DNA of 64,000 bases from an uncultured Nitrospinaceae bacterium (GCA_964005815.1 CAXFSR010000017.1:96001-160000); one strand, 5' to 3'. Shown: positions 49,257 to 60,333, numbered from the stretch's first letter. The notes: a model not told the origin generated them from the sequence alone. Made by a program: numbers and translations.

Positions 49257-50024
49257 ATGATTATACAATACACGAGTTTTCGTCAAAATTATTTATCTAA
49301 AAGATTGCTCTTTTTGTTAACTCTTTCCTTTTTTTTTATTTCTTGTTCACACAACAATATAATCGAAACAGGACATATAGAGAGACACGGAGAAAAAAAT
49401 CCTCATGGCATAAAACTTACGATAGGGAACAACGTCCCATCTATAGTTTCAGATTATAATTCGCGTTATTCCACCTTCGGTTCAATTCGATCTAGGGGAA
49501 GGCATACTGGACTTGATTTCAAAGCACCTATTGGACATCCGGTAATAGCCGCATCTGATGGAAGAGTAATCAGAGCACTTTACCTTTCATGCGGAGGCAA
49601 TACTGTATATATAACTCACGGAAGAGACAAGAAAGGTAACTATATCGGAACAGGATACACCCATTTAGATAAAATTTTTGCTAATAAAGGACAACTGGTA
49701 AAAAGAGGGGAAACAATAGGAACAGTAGGAATCACAGGCTCATGTGCTAGCGGAAATGTTCCTCATCTACATTTTTTAGTGTTCAAAGCAAATAAAAAAT
49801 ATCATCTCGGTTGCGCTTATATTAGTAAAAACCATAGAAAGGATTTACCTTGCAAAGGAAAAAGAATGAACCCTCATGAATTTTGGTACGATGGAATAGG
49901 AATGATGTCCTGTTTTGAAAAACATAAGATATACACAAATAAAATGCGAGCTAGATTTACAATTCCAGTCGAGTGTTTAAAAAAAATGCATAAAGTAACA
50001 AACACTAAATTAAATAGGAATTAA
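49257..50024 (+). CDS. M23 family metallopeptidase (probable lipoprotein)
   Basis: HTGLD (HxxxD), Y.HL, PHLHF; hydrophobic signal ending FISC. Confidence 0.88.
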   Translation: MIIQYTSFRQNYLSKRLLFLLTLSFFFISCSHNNIIETGHIERHGEKNPHGIKLTIGNNVPSIVSDYNSRYSTFGSIRSRGRHTGLDFKAPIGHPVIAASDGRVIRALYLSCGGNTVYITHGRDKKGNYIGTGYTHLDKIFANKGQLVKRGETIGTVGITGSCASGNVPHLHFLVFKANKKYHLGCAYISKNHRKDLPCKGKRMNPHEFWYDGIGMMSCFEKHKIYTNKMRARFTIPVECLKKMHKVTNTKLNRN

Positions 50025-50025
50025 A

Positions 50026-51828
50026 ATGAATGAATTCAATTCTGAAAGAATAAGAAATATCGCAATCATTGCACATGTTGACCATGGAAAAACAACGTTA
50101 GTTGACGCGATGTTGTGGCAATCTGGAGTTTTCAGAGAAAATCAAAACATAAGCGAACGTGTCCTTGACTCTATGGATTTAGAGAGAGAAAAGGGAATCA
50201 CAATAATGTCAAAGACTTGCTCGGTTCAATATAAAGATACTCTCATAAATATTGTAGATACTCCTGGCCATGCAGATTTTGGAGGAGAAGTAGAACGTGT
50301 CATGTCGATGGTTGACGGAGTTATACTTTTGGTAGATGCCTATGAAGGCCCCCTTCCTCAGACGAAGTTTGTAGTAGAAAAAGCAATGCTAGCAAAACTG
50401 CCATTTATAATAGTTATCAACAAGGTTGACCGTTCTGATCAAAGAGCTGCTGAAGTCCTTGACGAAATATATGACTTGTTCATTGACTTAGATGTCACAG
50501 AAGAAAAACTAGATTTTCCTGTTTTATACGCAATTGCAAAGGAAGGAAAAATTGGATCAAGATTAGACGAAATAAACGAAAATTTAGAACCTCTATTTGA
50601 AACAATTCTTTCAGAAGTACCTCCACCATTTTCTGACTCTGGTGAATCTCTACAAATGTTAATTTCAAGACTCGAATACGATAACTACTTAGGGAAATTA
50701 ATCATAGGAAGGATAAAAAACGGTTCAATGCATCTTAAGCAAAAAGCATTGATTGTGGGGAAAGATAATCAACAAACCACACAAGAAATCACGAAACTCT
50801 TTACCTACGAAGGAATTAAACTTACGGAACAGAAAGAAGCGTCTTTTGGAAATATTGTAGCTATCGCTGGTTTTGATAATGCAGAAATTGGCGATACTCT
50901 TACTGATATAGACAAACCCTCTCCACTCCCAAGAATAGAAGTCGATGACCCAACAATTTCGATGACTTTCAGAATCAATGACACACCACTGTCAGGAGAA
51001 GGAAAATTTCTAACAAGTCGTCAAATTAGAGACCGACTCTTACACGAAGCAAAACATAATGTCGCGATACAAATACACGAAACTAATTCTACAGACACAC
51101 TCCGTGTCTCTGGAAGAGGATGCCTTCAACTATCTGTCCTCATAGAACAACTACGCAGAGAAGGATATGAATTAACTGTTGGTAGACCAGAAGTTATAAC
51201 GAAAGATGGAGAAAACGGAAAACTTGAGCCAATTGAAAAATTGATCATTGAAGTTAAGGAAGAATATATAGGAACGGTCACGCAAAAGTTGGGACAACGA
51301 AAAGGCAAAATGACAGACATGAAAAAAATCACAAGAGAAGACACAAGACTGGAATTTATTATTCCTAGCAGAGGATTAATTGGATATCATAGCGAATTTA
51401 TAACAGACACAAGAGGAACAGGAATTCTTACTCACCTATTTCATTGTTGGGATTCTTGGAAAGGAGATATTAAAAGCAGAAATTCAGGTGCGATAGTAGC
51501 AGATAGAGGAGGAAAATCTACTGCTTATGCGATTGAAAATATTCAAGAAAGAGCAACAATGTTCATTCATCCACAGGAGAGTGTATACGAAGGAATGATT
51601 GTTGGAGAAAACACTAGGGAACAAGATATGTATGTAAATATAACTAAGGGGAAAAAGCTAACCAATATCAGAGCATCAAACTCTGACATCTCCACAAAAA
51701 TAATCCCACCAAATATTTTTAGTCTCGAACAGGCTTTAGAGTTTCTTAGAGACGGTGAATGTCTAGAAGTAACTCCTTCAACATTCCGTCTCAGAAAATC
51801 TGAGTTACAATCTCGGAAACACGCGTAA
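50026..51828 (+). CDS. typA: Translational GTPase TypA/BipA
   Basis: [41 protein letters not shown]. Confidence 0.96.
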   Translation: MNEFNSERIRNIAIIAHVDHGKTTLVDAMLWQSGVFRENQNISERVLDSMDLEREKGITIMSKTCSVQYKDTLINIVDTPGHADFGGEVERVMSMVDGVILLVDAYEGPLPQTKFVVEKAMLAKLPFIIVINKVDRSDQRAAEVLDEIYDLFIDLDVTEEKLDFPVLYAIAKEGKIGSRLDEINENLEPLFETILSEVPPPFSDSGESLQMLISRLEYDNYLGKLIIGRIKNGSMHLKQKALIVGKDNQQTTQEITKLFTYEGIKLTEQKEASFGNIVAIAGFDNAEIGDTLTDIDKPSPLPRIEVDDPTISMTFRINDTPLSGEGKFLTSRQIRDRLLHEAKHNVAIQIHETNSTDTLRVSGRGCLQLSVLIEQLRREGYELTVGRPEVITKDGENGKLEPIEKLIIEVKEEYIGTVTQKLGQRKGKMTDMKKITREDTRLEFIIPSRGLIGYHSEFITDTRGTGILTHLFHCWDSWKGDIKSRNSGAIVADRGGKSTAYAIENIQERATMFIHPQESVYEGMIVGENTREQDMYVNITKGKKLTNIRASNSDISTKIIPPNIFSLEQALEFLRDGECLEVTPSTFRLRKSELQSRKHA

Positions 51829-51830
51829 AA

Positions 51831-54455
51831 TTACAACAAAGAGTATGGATCTATATCTACAACTAATCTCACGTCTTTGGATAGTTTTTTATTTTCAAAA
51901 TATTTTTGTTTAAAATTTTGTACAAGCAGATTTAATTTTTCGTGAGAGGAGGATTTTATTAGTATATGATATCTCCAATTTTTTCTTATCTTAGCAAACA
52001 CAGCCGGAGCTGGCCCCAAAAAAACCAGACTATCATTATTACTTTTGAACCTATCTCGTTTTAATCCCATTTCAATCAAAAAATTCGATGCCCAAACTCC
52101 TGCTTTCGCAGCAAATTCTTCATTCTCTGATTCAAACCTGAATCTTAAAATATTTTTAAATGGAGGGAATCCCAATAACTTTCTAGAAACTATCTCCTTA
52201 TCATAAAATGCGTTGTAATCATGATTTTTTGCATAATTAATTACATAATTATCTGGCCTAAATGTCTGAACAATTACTTCGCCGGCAACACGATCTCTTC
52301 CTGCACGCCCTGAAACTTGAGTAAGAAGTTGAAAGGTTCTTTCTCCGGCTCTAAAATCTGGAAGATTCAATCCTACATCTGCAACGAGAACACCAACCAG
52401 AGTAAGATCGGGAAAATCATGACCTTTGCTAACCATTTGGGTTCCTATTAGGATATCGATTTCTTTTTTTCTCATCGCAGAAAGTATTTCTTCGTAATCT
52501 TGAGCTGTTCTAACTGAATCTCTATCAAACCTCTTTATTTTTGCTTTATGAAAACGTGCACGTAATGACTCTTCAACGCGTTCGGTCCCTATTCCCATAT
52601 ATGCAATTTCTTTACTCCCACAATGACAACTTTCAGGAAGACTAGTACGAAAATCACACATATGACATCTAAGTTCATCACCTCCATCACGATGAAATGT
52701 CAAAGATGTTGAACAATTTTTACACTGAACACTCTCTCCACATTGTCTGCATAGAACCAAAGAGGAAAAACCTCTTCTGTTGAGGAAAAGTAATGTCTGT
52801 TCTCCTCGTTCAAGTCGTTCATAAATCGATTCGGATAATCTTTTACTTATCAAAACTGGAGTTTTTGGATCGCCTACGCTCTCTTTTCTTAAATCAACAA
52901 TTTCTACTTTAGGCAATTTTTGGCCACTTGGACGTGAGGATAATTTCTTTAATTCATAATTGCCTTTTTCGGTATTATGGAAACTTTCAAAAGATGGAGT
53001 TGCCGAACCTAAAATGATTGGAATTCCTATTTTTTTAGCTCGATATACCGCAATATCTCTTGCATTATATCTTGGAGATTCTTCTTGTTTATAAGAAGAA
53101 TCATGTTCCTCATCCATAACTATCAAACCTAAATCACTTAGTGGAGCAAAGACAGCAGATCTTGTACCTATAACAACTTTTGCTTTCGAATTTCGGATCT
53201 TCAACCATTCTTCGGTTCTCTTTTTCTCAGAAAAAGCACTATGGAGACAAGCGATCTGATTTCCGAATCGTCTCCGAAATCTGTCTAAAAGTTGTGGAGT
53301 CAATCCTATTTCAGGCACAAGGATAAGAGCAGTTCTTTTCTGTTCTAATACACACTTAACCAAATGAAGATATACCTCAGTTTTCCCACTACCAGTAATA
53401 CCATGTAATAGTGTTACAGAATGTTTTTTGTTTTGAATATCATTTGCGATAGATAATACAACTTCATTCTGTTCTTTTGTGAGATTTAATTCCTCAAAAA
53501 TAAAGTCTTTTTCACCAGGTATTTCTTTCTCAATTTGAACACTTTCAAAATACTCAACAATCTTTTTTTCAAACAAACGAGTACACACTGAACGAGCACC
53601 AACAAATTCAGATTCAAGTTCAGAAATAGAAACCGTTCCTTTTCTGATAATTTCGCGAACTATTTGAACTTGACGGAAAGCTCTCTTGTCAAAAGAATCA
53701 AGAATTTTTTTATCTAATCCTTCCTTTAATCTTACAAACAAAATCTTTCTCTCAAGAGTTCCCAAAGAATCTTTTTTAAACTCCTGAATCAGATCGAAAT
53801 TCAGAAGACTTCTAATTTGACTACTTACTTTCTTTTCAAAATTTTTTCCTTTTTCTAAAAATTCGTTTTTCTCTTTTTTTAGTTCACTCAACAAAGAATT
53901 CAAAGAATAAGGTTTAGAGTGAAGCAAAAAAATGATCTTTTCTCTCAGAGAAAGTTTTGGAGATAAGCCCGGGAGATGTTGAGTATTTTTAAGTTCCAGT
54001 AAAAAATCTACACCTTTAGACGTGAGTTGAAAAAATTTCCTACTTTTTGACTCTCTTAAGCCAGGGAGAGCGGCACGTATCATTTCGCCCCATTCACAAT
54101 GATAATAAAAAGAAGCCCACCTTGTGAGAACTAGCAATTCATCAGTCAAAACTGCTTCCTCATCTAAAATATCTAAAACATCCCGGATCTTTTCATTTCG
54201 AATTTCTGAAGAATGACTTTTCTTCATTCCACTCACAACATAACCCGTAAGATTTCGGCTTCCAAAAGGAACCTTGACTCTGTAACCAGGAGTAATCATA
54301 GAAAATTTATCAATATCAATACGATATGTGAAAGGACCTCGAAGAGATACATTCAGAGCTACCTCTACAAATGCAGAATTTTTATCTTTGAAATGATTAG
54401 ACTCTAATTTTAATGGCCTTCTGTTTGTCAAGAATCCTCCGTACGTTTTTTGCAT
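51831..54455 (-). CDS. priA: Primosomal protein N' (helicase)
   Basis: GITGSGKTEVY, DEEH, SATP, Cys-rich Zn region, QVSGRAGR; start may be slightly downstream. Confidence 0.96.
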   Translation of the reverse strand: MQKTYGGFLTNRRPLKLESNHFKDKNSAFVEVALNVSLRGPFTYRIDIDKFSMITPGYRVKVPFGSRNLTGYVVSGMKKSHSSEIRNEKIRDVLDILDEEAVLTDELLVLTRWASFYYHCEWGEMIRAALPGLRESKSRKFFQLTSKGVDFLLELKNTQHLPGLSPKLSLREKIIFLLHSKPYSLNSLLSELKKEKNEFLEKGKNFEKKVSSQIRSLLNFDLIQEFKKDSLGTLERKILFVRLKEGLDKKILDSFDKRAFRQVQIVREIIRKGTVSISELESEFVGARSVCTRLFEKKIVEYFESVQIEKEIPGEKDFIFEELNLTKEQNEVVLSIANDIQNKKHSVTLLHGITGSGKTEVYLHLVKCVLEQKRTALILVPEIGLTPQLLDRFRRRFGNQIACLHSAFSEKKRTEEWLKIRNSKAKVVIGTRSAVFAPLSDLGLIVMDEEHDSSYKQEESPRYNARDIAVYRAKKIGIPIILGSATPSFESFHNTEKGNYELKKLSSRPSGQKLPKVEIVDLRKESVGDPKTPVLISKRLSESIYERLERGEQTLLFLNRRGFSSLVLCRQCGESVQCKNCSTSLTFHRDGGDELRCHMCDFRTSLPESCHCGSKEIAYMGIGTERVEESLRARFHKAKIKRFDRDSVRTAQDYEEILSAMRKKEIDILIGTQMVSKGHDFPDLTLVGVLVADVGLNLPDFRAGERTFQLLTQVSGRAGRDRVAGEVIVQTFRPDNYVINYAKNHDYNAFYDKEIVSRKLLGFPPFKNILRFRFESENEEFAAKAGVWASNFLIEMGLKRDRFKSNNDSLVFLGPAPAVFAKIRKNWRYHILIKSSSHEKLNLLVQNFKQKYFENKKLSKDVRLVVDIDPYSLL

Positions 54456-54612
54456 TATATAAAATCGTAAAAATCTTATCTATCGAAAAAAATACCAATA
54501 ATATGCATTTAATATCTTATAGATATTACGACCGACAAACTACATTGACCGATATAAACTCTTCCTATAACTTATTCTAATATTTCATTATTCTTATAGA
54601 GGAGGTGAACTA

Positions 54613-54945
54613 ATGAAAAGTGCTTTAGAAATTGCGATGCAAAAAACTGCTTCTATTGGACAAAAAGCACGAGAAGAACTAGAAAAATTAAGTGCTGAGG
54701 ACAGGAAAATTATTGAAGAAATAAAGAAAAAATATGAAGCAAAAATTGCAGAAAAAGATGTTTTTTTTCAACAGGAAACAGCTAAAATCAATTCTGCTAT
54801 TCCTATCGGAACTCCACCAGAACAAATTCCACCAGAAATCAATCAAGCTTTATCGCAACTGAGGGAAAAATTTAACGAAGACCGCTCATCCTTAGAAGAA
54901 GAATGTGAAAAAGAAATAGATGCTATAAAAAAGAAAAATTCCTAA
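54613..54945 (+). CDS. Hypothetical coiled-coil protein
   Basis: GGAGG RBS; MKSALEIAM start, helical charged composition. Confidence 0.75.
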   Translation: MKSALEIAMQKTASIGQKAREELEKLSAEDRKIIEEIKKKYEAKIAEKDVFFQQETAKINSAIPIGTPPEQIPPEINQALSQLREKFNEDRSSLEEECEKEIDAIKKKNS

Positions 54946-55721
54946 ATATTAGATACACTCTGACATCCATCTACATTCCAACATGCGCCATGTACTAAAC
55001 TCGCTTTGGGACTAACCATAAAAGCAGCAACTGAAGCAATCTCCTCTGGCCTTCCAAAACGTTTCAGAGGAAGATCACTGTCTATAAAAGTTTTCAACCC
55101 GTCATCAGATGACAATACTTTTTTTTCCCATCCTCCACCCTTAAAAATCACACTACCGGGAGCTATACAATTTACTCTAATGTTATCGTCCGCAGTTTCA
55201 AAAGCTAGAGCTTTTGAAAAAGATATTAATGCAGCCTTCGATGCATTATAGGTCATTGAACCCCTACTCTCTCGCCCGTAAATAGAAGCAACATTCAATA
55301 TTGAACCGCCATCTCCTTTCTTCATCTCAGAAATAGCAAATCTAGAACACTTCACAGCTTGATATAGATTTAGTTGAAATGCATTATCCCAATTTTCATC
55401 TGAAATCTCTTCAATACCACCAGGAATACTTCCTCCTACATTATTTATTAAAATATCTAAACCTTTAAATTTTTCTATAGCAAATGTGATAAATTTTTTC
55501 GGAATATTTGACTTGGTCAAATCACCCTGAAACGAAAGGATTTGGCGTCCTTTCTGAACGACAGAACCCAATTCTTGGCAAGTTTTAGAAAGATTTTCTG
55601 AATTTCTTCCACCAATAACAACATTACAGCCTTCGGACAAGAGAACTTTAGAAATTGCGGCACCGATGCCTTTACTCCCACCTGAAACTAGAGCAACTTT
55701 GCCATCGAGCATCAAATCCAT
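54942..55721 (-). CDS. Short-chain dehydrogenase/reductase
   Basis: SGGSKGIG, NNVG, YNASK, VNCIAPG. Confidence 0.92.
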   Translation of the reverse strand: MDLMLDGKVALVSGGSKGIGAAISKVLLSEGCNVVIGGRNSENLSKTCQELGSVVQKGRQILSFQGDLTKSNIPKKFITFAIEKFKGLDILINNVGGSIPGGIEEISDENWDNAFQLNLYQAVKCSRFAISEMKKGDGGSILNVASIYGRESRGSMTYNASKAALISFSKALAFETADDNIRVNCIAPGSVIFKGGGWEKKVLSSDDGLKTFIDSDLPLKRFGRPEEIASVAAFMVSPKASLVHGACWNVDGCQSVSNI

Positions 55722-55755
55722 CTTATCCTCCAGAAATCAACTACTCTCTTCAGAA

Positions 55756-56940
55756 CTATGCGGGATTCTCCAAGGTTTGAGCAATGCGTAGCAATGTCAA
55801 AGAATCTGTGCCATCTCCATGGAGAAATGTCAGAAGATCTCGAAACATCTTCTCTGTAGGAGTATCTTTCATCACACCAATTCCACCAAGGATATCCGTA
55901 GCTAAAGCTATTGTTTTCAAAGCTACTTGATCACTAAAAACTTTTCCATTTCTAGTAAAACGTGGATTGAAGCTATCATCTTCCTCAACTCCCCAGCAAA
56001 TTCGCCACATAAACTGTTCTGCAACTTCTATATTCATTAACATTTCAGATAACATCATTTGTACAGTTTGATGCTCAATAATTGGTTTTCCCCCTTGTAT
56101 TCTTTCTTTTGCATGTGCATAACAGTAATCATAAATTCCCCTACAAATTCCCGTATTACATGCAATTAATTCTGCGCTACCTCGAAAAATAGTAGAGAAA
56201 GTCTGAAATCCTCCGTTTACCTCACCAAGAATATCATCCTGATGCACTCTCACATTATCAAAAAAACTCTCTGCGTTTGGATACAATCTATAACCCATTT
56301 TATCGTGGACTCTCCCGTAAGTAATACCTTCTTGTTCCCCATGCACTAAGAAACAAGTACTTCCTTCACTAACAGAAACATTAGGATCTGTTCTTGCAAA
56401 AACAAGAAGAATCTTTGACCAAGAAGTTAAGGATGTAAAACGTTTTGCCCCATTAATTACCCAGTAATCGCCATCTTTTACAGCAGAGGTTTTTAATCCC
56501 AATTCAGGACCAGGCTGACGATAAATGTTGTCTGAACCATAGTCTGGTTCTGTAAGTAAGAAAGACCCTACACAATCATCATCTTCAACAAACATTTTTC
56601 CCCATTTATCAAGTTGTTCTTTAGTTCCTCTTTTAAATAAAGCTGTAGCAAGTTTCCAACATTGACTTATACATTTAATCACACCAATTTCTATTTGTGC
56701 CCCTGTCCATAAAACCAGTGTTCTTGTCAGAAGATCAGAACCAGATCCTCCATATTCTTCAGGGACAGCTAAAGTTCTTAGACCAAGTTTCGAAGCCTTA
56801 TTTATAAGTTCGGCAGGATAACAATCTTTTGGATCGGGACGCCGATCCATTTCAGCAGCCACTGGTAAAACTTCACGCTCCATAAAATCTTTTGTAAGAT
56901 CAGAAAGTGCCTTTTGTTCATCTGTAAAGGGATACTGCAT
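55756..56940 (-). CDS. Acyl-CoA dehydrogenase family protein
   Basis: VPEEYGG, LTEP..GSD, WVING.K, KMG.R, R.QGGKPI, GG.G; ATG 56940 after GAGG. Confidence 0.9.
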   Translation of the reverse strand: MQYPFTDEQKALSDLTKDFMEREVLPVAAEMDRRPDPKDCYPAELINKASKLGLRTLAVPEEYGGSGSDLLTRTLVLWTGAQIEIGVIKCISQCWKLATALFKRGTKEQLDKWGKMFVEDDDCVGSFLLTEPDYGSDNIYRQPGPELGLKTSAVKDGDYWVINGAKRFTSLTSWSKILLVFARTDPNVSVSEGSTCFLVHGEQEGITYGRVHDKMGYRLYPNAESFFDNVRVHQDDILGEVNGGFQTFSTIFRGSAELIACNTGICRGIYDYCYAHAKERIQGGKPIIEHQTVQMMLSEMLMNIEVAEQFMWRICWGVEEDDSFNPRFTRNGKVFSDQVALKTIALATDILGGIGVMKDTPTEKMFRDLLTFLHGDGTDSLTLLRIAQTLENPA

Positions 56941-57056
56941 ATGCACCTCAAATAAAATTAATATCCGTGTATAATTTTAACCATATAATTTATTTGAATT
57001 GTTTCTCTACTTTATGTCAAACGATTTGAAAACTATTTAACTAAATTTTGCTTTCT

Positions 57057-57884
57057 CTAAGATTCTTCCAACAAAGACTCCAGTCTTTCAATTGAATCTT
57101 TGTCCAATTTTTTTTCGTTAGAACAGTAAGTGTTCTCAACAATTCTCTCTATTTTGCTAGTCGCAGGAATAATAGTAGAAATGTTTGAGTCTGAGAGAAG
57201 ATATTTTAATAATGCTTGTCCAGGAGTGGTAACTCCATACTCTTTCAAAAAACTAAGATCCTTGTTGCAAAGTTTTTTAATTAAAGTTCCTCTCGCATAA
57301 ATTGGAGAAATTGGTGTCATCACGATAACTCCAAGATTTAAATCTCTAACAATTGGAAACAACATTTCTTTGCAGGTCTTCTCCCCCAAATAATAGGGAA
57401 TCTGTACCGTATCAAAAACCCCAGTTTTCAGAGCAGTTAAAACTTCTGAATAATTGGAAATACGATAATCCGTAACACCTAAAAATCGAACCTTGCCTTC
57501 TTTCCTAAATTCTTCAAGCACGGGAGCAACTTGCCTCCATGAAGACATATTATGGATTTGCATTAGATCTATAGTATCGACCTGCAATCTCTTCAATGTT
57601 CTCTCTATACTTTCTTTTGCATCCCTAGGATTTGATTCCAGTACTTTGCTTGCATAAATACATTTATTATCAATAAGATACAATGCATTACCTAATACTT
57701 CTTCTGAGCATCCATACATAGGAGCAGTATCAAAAAAATTTACCCCACAATTCACTGCTTTCTCTACTAATGCATCGCAATGCAATTGACCTTCAGAAGA
57801 TTTTACATCGAGATTCTTGTACGTCCCCAATCCTATCTCGCTGACTAACAAATCAGTTCGACCTAATTTTCTAAATTGCATCAA
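57057..57884 (-). CDS. Aldo/keto reductase
   Basis: IGLGT, FDTAPMYG.SE, IDLMQIH, GKVRFLG. Confidence 0.9.
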   Translation of the reverse strand: MMQFRKLGRTDLLVSEIGLGTYKNLDVKSSEGQLHCDALVEKAVNCGVNFFDTAPMYGCSEEVLGNALYLIDNKCIYASKVLESNPRDAKESIERTLKRLQVDTIDLMQIHNMSSWRQVAPVLEEFRKEGKVRFLGVTDYRISNYSEVLTALKTGVFDTVQIPYYLGEKTCKEMLFPIVRDLNLGVIVMTPISPIYARGTLIKKLCNKDLSFLKEYGVTTPGQALLKYLLSDSNISTIIPATSKIERIVENTYCSNEKKLDKDSIERLESLLEES

Positions 57885-57914
57885 TTTTCCCTATTAAGTT
57901 AAATTTCATAATTT

Positions 57915-58598
57915 TCAAAGTAAACCTTCCCTTACTATTCTTCTAAAACCTTCATAAACATCCTCTCCATATGCAACTGGTGCATGAACTTCAGTTAATT
58001 TTCCGTTTTCAATTTTTTTATCTGACGCATAAGGATTGTGAACAACTTTCCCATTTGGGAAAATCAAAGTTGGACTTGTCATAGGAATGTTATTTTTATC
58101 TCTTAGATTCATGGAATCGTTGTAATCTTGCATTACTGCTTTTTCAAATTTTCTACGCTCTAAATCATTTCGAATTTTATCCACTTCCAAATTCGACTCA
58201 GACGCGATTTCACAAAGCACATCATTCTTATCTATCCTCCTACCTTCATAAAAGAAAGCGCGCCTTAATTTTAAATCAAAGTTTCTAGATTTTACCGGAG
58301 ATTGAAGAAAAGCACTTTTGTATGCTTCATAAGCAAGTAAAGTCGTACTTAAATATTCCTCATGTGGCCATGCTATGCAAGGAGCAAGTGGTTCTTGTAC
58401 TGCAACCAAAGGCCACTCCTGATCGACAATATGTCTTGGAGCAGGTCTTTTGTTAATTATTTCTAAAGGAAAAGCTCTCCATGAAAGATTAACTAGTTCT
58501 TCAAACTCTTCCCAGACATGATCCAACCGCGCCGCGGCAAGATAAGCCCATGGTCAATGATATTCATGAAAAATTTCAATTGTCTTTTTTTCTTTCAT
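57915..58598 (-). CDS. DsbA/FrnE-like selenoprotein 3 (227 aa, Sec at codon 15; MKEKKTIEIFHEYHUPWAYLAAARL...)
   Basis: AGAGG RBS, ATG 58598, TGA 58556-58554 in frame with 57915..58526; WRAFPLE, LRRAFF.EGR.I, SPT cis-Pro loop. Confidence 0.87.
58521..58543 (-). promoter_or_regulatory. Putative SECIS hairpin (ATCT-T-GCCGC-GGC-GCGGT-T-GGAT)
   Basis: Unusually GC-rich stem, nt 11-33 after TGA, G-led loop. Confidence 0.75.
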
Positions 58599-58716
58599 TA
58601 TTCACATCCTCTACTTGAAGTTGTGCCTTTCCTTTATAATACTTTGGCAACATAAATATTGAAAATAATTTTCTCATATATAAAAATAAAATTGTAACAT
58701 ACAAAAAAACTTTCAA

Positions 58717-59148
58717 ATGAAGGCGAAAATGACATATACAAATCCCGACAAACTAACAATTTCTAACATCCTAGAACAAACCAATACGATTGCGATTGTT
58801 GGTCTATCTAATAAAGAATACAGAACTAGTTATAAGATTGGAGAATTTCTACAAAACAATAACTTTACTATTATTCCGGTCAATCCTAATATTGAAGAAT
58901 CCTTAGGGGTCAAAGCGTATAAGTCACTTCTGGAAATAAAAGAAGAAATTGATATGATAAATATTTTCAGAAGAAGTCACGAAATCTCAAAAATAACAAA
59001 CCAAACTTTAAAAATGAAACATTTACCTAAATTCTTTTGGATGCAAGAAGGTATTTATGACCCTACTAGCAGAGATAAACTTACTGGAAAAGGGATAACG
59101 ACAATCCAAGATCTTTGTATAAAAAAAGTATATGAAGAAATCTTTTAA
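58717..59148 (+). CDS. CoA-binding protein (YccU-like)
   Basis: IAIVGLS, PVNP, IFRRS, WMQEG, DLCI. Confidence 0.9.
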   Translation: MKAKMTYTNPDKLTISNILEQTNTIAIVGLSNKEYRTSYKIGEFLQNNNFTIIPVNPNIEESLGVKAYKSLLEIKEEIDMINIFRRSHEISKITNQTLKMKHLPKFFWMQEGIYDPTSRDKLTGKGITTIQDLCIKKVYEEIF

Positions 59149-59167
59149 ATAAGAAGAGCTAAAAGAC

Positions 59168-59989
59168 TTGCGTAAAAAAATATCCTTAACCTTTATAATC
59201 CTATTTATAGCAGGAATCCTTATGATCAGTTTTTTTGAGAAAATTGAAAACTTTTTCCTGTATCATCCCCGTCAATTATTAGACTCAAGTCCAGAAGGGT
59301 TAGGTATTAAATATGAGAATGTAAAATTTACCGCAAAAGATAATACCAAATTACATGGGTGGTTCTTTCCTCCTAATTCTTCTGATAACCCAGTAATACT
59401 TTGGGCTCATGGAAATGCAGGAAATATTTCACATAGAATAGAAAACATTCTTCTTATGCGTAAATTTTTGGGTGTGGGCATCTTTATTTTTGATTATAGA
59501 GGATATGGATTAAGCGAAGGGAAACCAAATGAAAAAGGTCTCTACTCAGACATGGAAGGTGCATATCTTTGGCTTGCAAATAGAATCTCTGAAAACCGTA
59601 TCGTTATATTTGGAAGATCTCTTGGTGCAGCAGTAGCTACAAAGTTATCTATAGAAAAAACCTCGTCACAATCTTTAATTTTAGAATCTCCATTTGAGAA
59701 TACAATTGAGATGGGGAAAAGGATCTTCCCTTTCCTTCCCTTGGGATGGCTTATAAAACAAAAATATGACACTAAAGCAATTATTCACTCAGTCAAAATT
59801 CCATTACTTATTCTTCATGGAGATAAAGATACAATCGTTCCATTCCAACAAGGGAAAAATCTTTTCGACTTTGCCTCTGGACCCAAGCAATTCTTTAAAA
59901 TCAAAGGAGCCGGCCACAATGACACATATAGTATTGGCGGAACATTTTACTGGGAAACCTGGAAAAAATTTCTTCAAAAGTATAATTAA
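59168..59989 (+). CDS. Alpha/beta hydrolase (ABHD13/Bem46-like) with N-terminal anchor
   Basis: HGNAGN, DYRGYG.S.G, GRSLG, HGDKD, GAGHND. Confidence 0.92.
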   Translation: MRKKISLTFIILFIAGILMISFFEKIENFFLYHPRQLLDSSPEGLGIKYENVKFTAKDNTKLHGWFFPPNSSDNPVILWAHGNAGNISHRIENILLMRKFLGVGIFIFDYRGYGLSEGKPNEKGLYSDMEGAYLWLANRISENRIVIFGRSLGAAVATKLSIEKTSSQSLILESPFENTIEMGKRIFPFLPLGWLIKQKYDTKAIIHSVKIPLLILHGDKDTIVPFQQGKNLFDFASGPKQFFKIKGAGHNDTYSIGGTFYWETWKKFLQKYN

Positions 59990-60333
59990 TCAGGGGTAGC
60001 TGCGATTTTATTTAGGGTCTCATTCCCTGGCGAAAATATTTCCTCAATTACAAGATCTCCATTTCCAACATTTTCCGTAGCATGCTCTTTATCTGGAGGA
60101 AAAACTACTACTCCTCCTCGGGATAGCACTACTTCTTTATCTCCAAAAAAGAATTTCGCTTTGCCTTCCAAAACAATACTTATTTGTTCTTGGTGATGTG
60201 CATGTGGATTATAGACTTTTCCTCCAGCACGTATTCTTTGACGTAAGACTGTTATTCTTTCACCAGCAATAACACTTTGTATCCTATCTCCTTTATCGTG
60301 TGGAACAATTTCGTCCCAATGGTACGAATCCAT
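59986..60333 (-). CDS. Cupin domain protein
   Basis: PHAH.QEQ, PP..EH, IFSP; GGAGG RBS. Confidence 0.88.
   Translation of the reverse strand: MDSYHWDEIVPHDKGDRIQSVIAGERITVLRQRIRAGGKVYNPHAHHQEQISIVLEGKAKFFFGDKEVVLSRGGVVVFPPDKEHATENVGNGDLVIEEIFSPGNETLNKIAATPD

Noticed and set aside
28012..58598. Treating the three DsbA-like genes as nonsense pseudogenes
   Set aside because: Three independent stops at the same catalytic codon, each with a SECIS-like stem and otherwise intact frames, is implausible as decay.
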